A stretch of DNA of 38,509 nucleotides from Amoebidium appalachense. Its lineage: Eukaryota > Protista > Ichthyosporea. The position numbers and the translations under genes were made by a program. Below the pieces are notes generated by a model that was given only the letters and a program-made list of their open reading frames with translations, searched no databases and was not told where the DNA came from. Numbering within the stretch: position 1 is the stretch's first letter; each line of letters opens with the position of its first letter. The stretch spans positions 17,617,774-17,656,282 of the forward strand of contig CAVNZM010000001.1 in NCBI GenBank assembly GCA_963693365.1. Direction: 5' to 3'. This document shows positions 25,526 to 38,509 of the stretch, piece by piece.

Positions 25526-27167
25526 CCCCCCACTACACACACCCCCACCAACCTTTTAAAAAAAAGGGGGGGGGGGGGGGGGGAGGGGGGGAGATATGGT
25601 TCACAGGCACATCTGCAGTCAAACTCATACACTTGCACATGAGCATATACTAAGGCTCTCCGGCAGTCTCTCACATGTACACTTACTCCCCATGCACCCC
25701 CTAAACCTCCTTTCCCCTCCCCCTCCCCCTAGTCCCCACCTCCCCCCTCAAAAAATGATAATAATAATAAATGAGTGAATAAATAAAGTAAAATAAGGCT
25801 CGGAATCCAAACAAAAAGAGAGTGGTGAGCTAGACAAAGTATTTTTTTGGTTGGGAAGAATTCAACCGTTCTTCGTGGACACTTATCCAAACATTCCTTT
25901 GCAGTGTGCCAACCTTTCCACATACGGTAGATCGATCCTGTAACTTGTGCTCCACTCTACACCGGCTCTTTTATACACTATCTTTTCTTTTCGCTGCTTG
26001 AACATACTAGATTTCACAGCCACTGCTTTTTCACTCTCAACCTCCTCACTTACTCTCAACTCCGGTCACTATCTCTACCAAATCGCACCACACATATCCC
26101 AACAGAAATCCGGCAACTGGCAAAACAAGCGCTCTGGCCGCCAATCCTCTGACTGGGAAACCGAACTTATGGACCGGCTAGGCTTCCATCTCCACGGAGA
26201 CGAATACCTCCGAGTCACACAAACGCAAGCAGAAAGGGTGGCTGACCGTTTGAAACGCAAGCGCACAAGCAGCCCTCGGGCTGTTAATCCACCCAATTCG
26301 CGCCGACAGAGCAGCACCACAGACGTTTCTGAGGAGTGTGACCAGAAGCCCAGTTCCCCGTGGACCTACAACCAGATCGCCACCGCCGCTGCCCACGCAC
26401 GACATGAAGACCCAAAGACGCCGCCTCCTGGCCGCAAAGTGCGGTCCCAGATGCAAACTGCGTCGAGCAACACGAGCGAACGTTCGGTCACGTGCAGCTC
26501 TGGAACATTCGATCCCAAATGCGAAAAACCTGCTCACATGCACGTGCACGTTCCCCTGCCCCAAGAGTGGCTGCACCAAGTTCCCACGAATCCCATTGGA
26601 CAAGACACCAGCAGCGGTATTCATCAGCAGTCCTTCCCTCTGCCCACCGACTATGCAACGAACAACACATACTCACACGTGGCGCATGCACACACCAAGA
26701 ATGAGCAGTACGTACCCCACCTCTCTTTCGACACGACGTGTACATCCACCAGAGACACCACATTCTCGAGCGGTAATGACGACAAGCAGCACGGGTGCAC
26801 ACCCTACTACTGTGGGTTCTTGGACGATATGACCTACAGCACCACCCACACCAACAGCTACTACATCAAATCTGAAAACGTCAAATGCGAAACTACGAAC
26901 GAAACGTACCCCTCTTCCACCACCACCAGTACCAAAAACGACATCACCGAAATGCACTCAGTCCCGGCGCCCTCCTACCACCATTCAGATGTTCCTCACC
27001 TTCCCCTCATGAAAGAAGAGCCTGCCGCCGAGTTGGCTATTGGTGTGGGGTCTTGGGGGGTGAGCCAAATTGATCCTGAAATTGCCGCATATGTGGAGGG
27101 TATCCTTGGGTATGATGTGTGGTGCGACATGATTGTGGATGAAACAATTGGTGCACCTGCTTTCTAA
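24561..27167 (+). CDS. Myb/SANT-like (trihelix/MADF-type) DNA-binding protein, about 561 aa, probable transcription factor
   Basis: Exons 24561-25184 (donor GAG|GTGCGC) and 26106-27167 (acceptor CAACAG), phase 0. The domain RFRWARENTEALIDGV...ALWRTLHKSL...PTLRQCKARHVAYVKK fits the W...L-I...W..I/L...L...T..QC+.+ pattern of Myb/SANT-like domains. The rest is Ser/Thr-rich. Extra 5' exons are possible. Confidence 0.78.
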
Positions 27168-29050
27168 CTTACCGTATCTTGCTTCGTGCCCAGATAAACA
27201 CAAAGACATGTAGATGATTGATGTATTAGTTGACAGCTATCTTAATATGGCAGTTAGTAGTTTAATGATTCGACCGTCCCCTACTTGACAGTTGCCAGGC
27301 TGTTTGTCCGTGTAAGAAACAAGTGATAGATAAAAAAGTTACTGCAATATTCAAATGTGATTCATCTCAACAATACATATGCAATAGCTGTTTTCTATAG
27401 GATGACTGTTTGTGCTGCCTTTGTGGCATTGTCATGAATTGAATAACTAGTTAGCTTAGCTTGGAATAAATGCATGTTCAACATTCGACATTTGACTTGC
27501 CAAAACAGAAGAAAATCGGATCGGATAACCACAAATAACAAACAAGTATCGTAATGCTGTATTCAATCAGGACATCCGTGATTTCACTGTTTCAGCCAAC
27601 ACAAATGACACGTGTTAACCCCCCTCCCCCTCTTCCCCACCTCCCCCTCCCCTTTCCCCTCCCCCCCCTCCCCCCCCCCCCCCCCCCCCCCCCCACCCAC
27701 CCACCCACCCACCCACCCCTCCGGCGCTCCCCTCTGAGTTCCCTGATGGTCCATGCGCCCGCCGTTTTCATATCGAACCTTGTCTCTCCCACCTACTGTC
27801 AACTGTTACAATCGGCAGCTTACTCATGCCGTATCATGCCGTACTACATATGGATTTTGTGTTTCGAAGAAAAGTTCAAACAGGGAGTATGGTCCAGAAA
27901 TACAAAAACTATGATAACAATTAGTGGGAAGGGGAAAGTCTGAGGGAGATAAGTAGTGTATGAGCCACTACTCATTTGGTAACTTCGTTAGGGGATCCCG
28001 GTTTAAAATTATGGCACGAGAGCTCAAGAGTTAGCTAAGCCTTGCCTCGGAAAGTGGGAAGGTGGGTGAAGTGGGTGGGTGAGCGGGGGGAGGGGGAGGC
28101 CAGGAAGAGGGGGGGGAGGAGGAAGGAGGGATATAGGGGGGGGGGGGAGGGGGGGGGGGGGGAGGGGGGGGGGGGGCAATGTGCAAGAGGGGGGGAAGGG
28201 TTACTGATGGGGAGGCAGGGGTGTACGTGGGCGGGGGAAAGGGGGGAGGGGGGGAGGGGGAGACATCGCATACAATAGGAGAACGGAGTACGGTAAGAGA
28301 ACTGCAGACTCTGAGACTCTACTAGTTAGAAAACTTCGATCGATCCGAGCCTCGGCAGGGTGGACTCCAAGTTTGAAGTGTGTGTGTGTGTGTGAGGGGG
28401 GGGGAAGGGGAGGGAGGGGGAAGGGGGGAAGGGGAGGGAGGAGAAGGGGCATAGTACGGTAGCAACGGAAATCTCTTCTCACCCACACTCTTCGCCTACA
28501 CATGCACCGCGTCTTTTTCAGGTCTGCCCCCAACGGTTCTCCCCCCCCCCCCGCCCCCCCTCCCCCAACACCACCGGATGGATTCGTAACCTTTGCATTG
28601 CTGTGGCAATCTATACGAAAACTTGAACTCGCGTGACATTCGGAGACACAAGGATAACATGTACACCACTGTAACATGCTATTATGTGGTACTATGGATA
28701 CATACGGGGAAACGAGATACCCTTTAAAGGCTATAACATACCGGGTAGAAAAAAAGGAAAGTGGTCCAGACGATAGGACGAAAGGAGGCCATATAATCTG
28801 CAGGAAAACCCTTTTTCAAGGGCTATTTATTATTGGTTAAGATCGAAATCAGTTCGATCGGATCACCCATATAAGGAAAGTGCGCAAAATCGACCATGCA
28901 AAGGGTGCCGAGCCCTACGTATACACCAGATGTCAAACAATTCATGCAAAAACAGCACATTAAAAACCATAGGTGAAATCACGCACATACGACATGATGG
29001 TGATAAACTGTGCGTGAGAGAGAGTGGAAAAACTGAGCTAAGAACTTAAA

Positions 29051-35072
<6,022 letters not shown>

Positions 35073-35539
35073 AGTGCAGGCTGGTACACTGCTCTGACAG
35101 GCCACACACATATAGCCTAATAGAAGTTGGTTTTGCAGGTGTGGGGGCGAGCTGCACTGAGTCACTGAAGGGAAGCGTGCTGTTTAGTATCGACAGGCAT
35201 GCGCGTGTGAAATGTGATAAGGTGCCGGCAGCAACACAAGGCCATCAGGTTTAGCTAACCCTTACTTCTGCCATCTGTCTTAGAGGCCATTCAGTTGACA
35301 GACGTCAGGCTCAGCGACAGTTGCAGAGTGAATGACTGTATGGTGGCTGTCATCGTAGACTGACCCCTCAGATCCAATCGATCTTAGGAACTTTGCCGGC
35401 CAAATAACCCCGCGCTATCTCGCGGCGCTGGGATTTTCTTTTGTATACGTTTTTCGATGCTGCTTTAGGAGACCTACAAAGCTATGTTGAGACATTTCGG
35501 GATTTCCCAAAAGCAAAAAGGTTTTTCTCATTAAGAAAT

Positions 35540-35693
35540 TTTCGGACCAATTGGACGGTGATGACGGCATTACTTTTTGAACCTCTTGTTTCTCGAATAC
35601 CCACATATAAATCTGAGACGTTTCTTAGTGCAATCGACATATCTGGGCGAGAGCTGACGCGTGATATTTTTGGAGTTGAAAAAAATGATTTTG

Positions 35694-35733
<40 letters not shown>

Positions 35734-36024
35734 TCACGAGTATCGAACCTGCGGCCCAGGAATTGAATGGTGCCGTACATGGGCTTTGAGTTTAGGGCTC
35801 AATAAAAGACCTAAAATTGACTTTTCCACGTCGTTTTATTCTCATACACATGTCTAGACATTGACATACTTTGCAATGTGCAACAGCACGGTCTGAAAAA
35901 GCAAAGTTTTCCAATTTTCGCAGAACTACCATATATGGCAGTTGCCGGCCGCATGATACTATTTTTGGTCAAGTGACGCAATAATGACGTCATTTCGGGA
36001 CCAATTGGACGCTGATGACGTCAT
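35540..36024. promoter_or_regulatory. Direct repeat of about 31 bp carrying CCAAT and CRE-like motifs, upstream of DNAJC12
   Basis: TTTCGG(G)ACCAATTGGACG[G/C]TGATGACG[G/T]CAT at 35540-35570 and 35993-36024. Perfect TGACGTCA at 35985 and 36016. Confidence 0.45.
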
Positions 36025-36870
36025 CGCCCCCTTAATATTGAAGATAGCGGGAAAATGCCGCATCCCCGTCATCTTTCTCTTGACTGGGATTTATTGATCA
36101 GTGGTCCAGTGGATATGAAGGCAACGTGCAGCCACAGGCTACATGACCACCAAAATAACCGACTTCGAAAGAGCCACAGCGATGAAATAAAAAATAAAAC
36201 AACAAGTGACCAAAGGACACCAGCGGGCAAAGGTACAAGTGCACGTGTATGCGTGAAACTAGTTTGCTCCAACTAGTCATATGCAGCGATGATGACCAGG
36301 CCACACTACGCAAGAAGACATCATTACTGCTGCCCCCCAACAGGCCCCCCTCAAAACCTACCGGGGCACAGCAAGCAAGTCAGCCCTTTAAAGAGCAATG
36401 CAGACCAAATCCGAGCGAGAAAACAATCCCCACGGGCCCGTCCCCTAGAAAACCCGCAGAAGCTGTCTCTAACTCTTTGATAAGGTGGCCTAGTTGTGGC
36501 AGGACACACAGGAAAGCACAACTACAGAATGCATGCAAGCAAACCCAGCCATTGCCATACTGCTGAAGGCTGTAAACACGGCAGCCACAAGGAAAGCTCC
36601 TCGACGACCCAGTAGCTACCCTTCCACTCACGCAGCGCAGAAGCAGTTGAAGAAGTTGCAGCAGCCCACCGCCAATAGCTCGCGTAGAAGCGTAGATAGC
36701 GTGTAGAAGTCACCGTAAGTTGCAGTACTGGGCCACCAGATGTCGAAGAAACCACTCCTCAAGCGAGAAACTCCGCGGAACGGAGATGTCCCCACACTCT
36801 CACAGCAGTAGGAATAGACAAGGCCGCACTATACACACACAGTGTCACGTTCCCCTGAGTGAGACTCCTT

Positions 36871-37110
36871 CCCACCACAAAAAGAAAAAACGAAAGCCTT
36901 TATATACCTGCCATGGTGAAGAATCGGGAAAAAAAGTTGACGTGACAGCTAAGAGAGGGAAAAAAAGTTGACGTGACAGCTAAGAGATCAAAGTGAAAGT
37001 GAAGTCCCACAAAAAAGAAAAAACAAAAGCCTTTATGTACCTGCCATGGTGAAGAATCGGGAAAAAAAGTTGACGTGACAGCTAAGAGATCGAAGTAAAA
37101 GTGAAGTCCC
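36871..37110. repeat. Complex tandem repeat: unit of about 105 bp x2 with an internal 31-bp duplication
   Basis: AAAGCCTTTAT[A/G]TACCTGCCATGGTGAAGAATCGGG occurs twice and GGGAAAAAAAGTTGACGTGACAGCTAAGAGA three times. Confidence 0.95.
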
Positions 37111-37453
37111 GTCATCCCGTGCCGAGAGCTATCCAAAGCTGCAACTATCTTGCCCATAGCGCGATCACAGCCTCCTGGATCTAGAGGGGTCATTCTACGA
37201 TGACCGGCACTTTTTATAAACATAGCGACTTGCATGCGCCTACAGGGGGTGACGTCATCCATTGGCTCACGAGTATTTTTTTTCAAGCTTTTTTTTTTGT
37301 GTGTTGTTCATGATGTGTTTGTGCGTGTGTGGTGTGCGTGTGCGTGTGCGCGCGCGCGCGCGTGTCTTTGTGTGTGCGTAGTCCTACAACGCAGTCATCT
37401 GTAGCACTTATTCAGCAGTCCGAGATTGTAATAAATAATCCTGCTTTTGGAAC

Positions 37454-37681
37454 ATGTTAGATATGGCTGGAGATTCTGTCCCTGTGCATAGTGAGACTGC
37501 TGTAAAGACAGAATTCGAGTTATTCGCTTCGAGTGAGGATGTTCTCGCTGTCCGTGAGTATCTGAAGGTAAATCATTATGAAGTTCTGCTGGCCAGAAGC
37601 GAGATCGAGTTGTCTGTGTGTTACAACCGGGAAGACAGGCGACGTCTGAAGCGGAATATGACGGAATATGAGAGGTCTTAA
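37454..37681 (+). CDS. Possible coding exon or small protein of unknown function
   Basis: 75-codon ORF with protein-like charged/helical composition, bounded by a TG tract and a poly-C tract like the true exons here. No recognisable family and no phase-consistent splice partner found. Confidence 0.3.
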   Translation: MLDMAGDSVPVHSETAVKTEFELFASSEDVLAVREYLKVNHYEVLLARSEIELSVCYNREDRRRLKRNMTEYERS

Positions 37682-38279
37682 ACTCCCCCCCCCCCCCCCC
37701 CCTCCCCCCCACCTCTTCCTCTCTCACTATCTCTCTCTATGTCCCTCCCTCCCTCCCTCCCCCTCCCCCCGAAATACGCACACACAAACAGACGCTCCCA
37801 CCCCACCCCATTTCCCCTCTCCCCTTTGACAATCAGCTTTTGTGTAAGCGTTTGGTACTCTCGAGCAGAGAACCAGGAAATGGAGCTTCAGGTGCGATTT
37901 TTTTTTACGGGCAAGGTGGCAACTTGCCGTCACCTGCCAAGGGCATAGACAGCTGCGTAACAGAACCTTATATGCAACAGCATGCAGTGGTCAACAACAC
38001 CATCCTCAAAACTGCATCTACCTTCTCGGCATAATAAACTGATTGTAGTAGCTTCTGATTGTAGTTGAAAGCTTCTAGGTGTCTGATCCCAAACACTGGC
38101 AACCGAGTGGCAATGACAGAATGATATTGAGATCGGCTTAAAGCGCACGTGTCACGCGGAATGTTCGAATTGCAGCTTGCGGCCTGACTTAGTCGCCTCT
38201 GAGTCCCAAACAAAAACAGAATCTCTGGCAGGTGGAGGCTAGGAATTTTTTATAGCCCGGACGAGGTTGTAGAAGCCCG

Positions 38280-38509
38280 TCAAGCAGCCTTGGGTTTGGC
38301 AGGCGAGGTACCAGCAGCGGCTTCGCCAGCAGAGTCGCTCACGGGGTTCTTACGTCGTGAAGGGGTATTCTGGGACAGGCCAGCCTTCACCATGGTCACC
38401 TCGAACATGCTTCTGACCGCTTCCACCTCATGTCTCATCGCAGCTAGCTCGTCTTCCATCTCCCCCCGCAACTTCGTAATTTCCAAGCCCATATCCCCCC
38501 GGGGGTTTA
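38280..38509 (-). CDS. Probable 3'-terminal coding exon of a gene extending beyond the right edge (coiled coil plus disordered tail)
   Basis: Frame is open from the window edge (NPRGD-MGLEITKLRGEMEDELAAMRHEVEAVRSMFEV...PAKPKAA-stop), with heptad-like composition and GC-rich codons. Confidence 0.6.
   Translation of the reverse strand, partial: NPRGDMGLEITKLRGEMEDELAAMRHEVEAVRSMFEVTMVKAGLSQNTPSRRKNPVSDSAGEAAAGTSPAKPKAA

Noticed and set aside
35694-35790. Minus-strand GGTTCGAT followed by a long T-run (Pol III-like)
   Set aside because: T-arm pairing is poor and there is no A-box or acceptor stem; not a supportable tRNA.
36055-36870. A/C-rich stretch with overlapping short ORFs, possible retroelement remnant
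   Set aside because: No reverse transcriptase, endonuclease, gag or transposase motif visible.

Overview
Eukaryotic, intron-rich genomic DNA. It is saturated with poly-G/poly-C runs and (CA/TG)n and (GA)n microsatellites, so most entries in the ORF track are low-complexity artefacts. Splicing GT-AG exons by hand (reading phases checked) gives five genes: LTO1/ORAOV1 (minus, 4 exons, last exon outside the window); a 662-aa adaptor with a C-terminal SH2 domain (plus, 3 exons); a 524-aa choline-transporter-like CTL/SLC44/Pns1 protein (minus, 6 exons); a 561-aa Myb/SANT-like (trihelix-type) protein (plus, 2 exons); and a 146-aa DNAJC12 orthologue (minus, 5 exons). A probable terminal exon lies at the right edge. 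The gene set suggests an opisthokont, most plausibly a unicellular holozoan (inference). Non-coding DNA holds several non-autonomous transposons: a TTAA/piggyBac-like MITE, a 9-bp-TSD Mutator-like MITE and a GGGCCC-palindrome foldback element. There are also recent local duplications. The most unusual signal is a stereotyped intron layout: sense-strand C-tracts just after 5' splice sites, (CA)n before several 3' splice sites, and in two long introns complementary (TG)n...(CA)n blocks that could pair across the intron. No rRNA, convincing tRNA, CRISPR array or autonomous transposase was seen.
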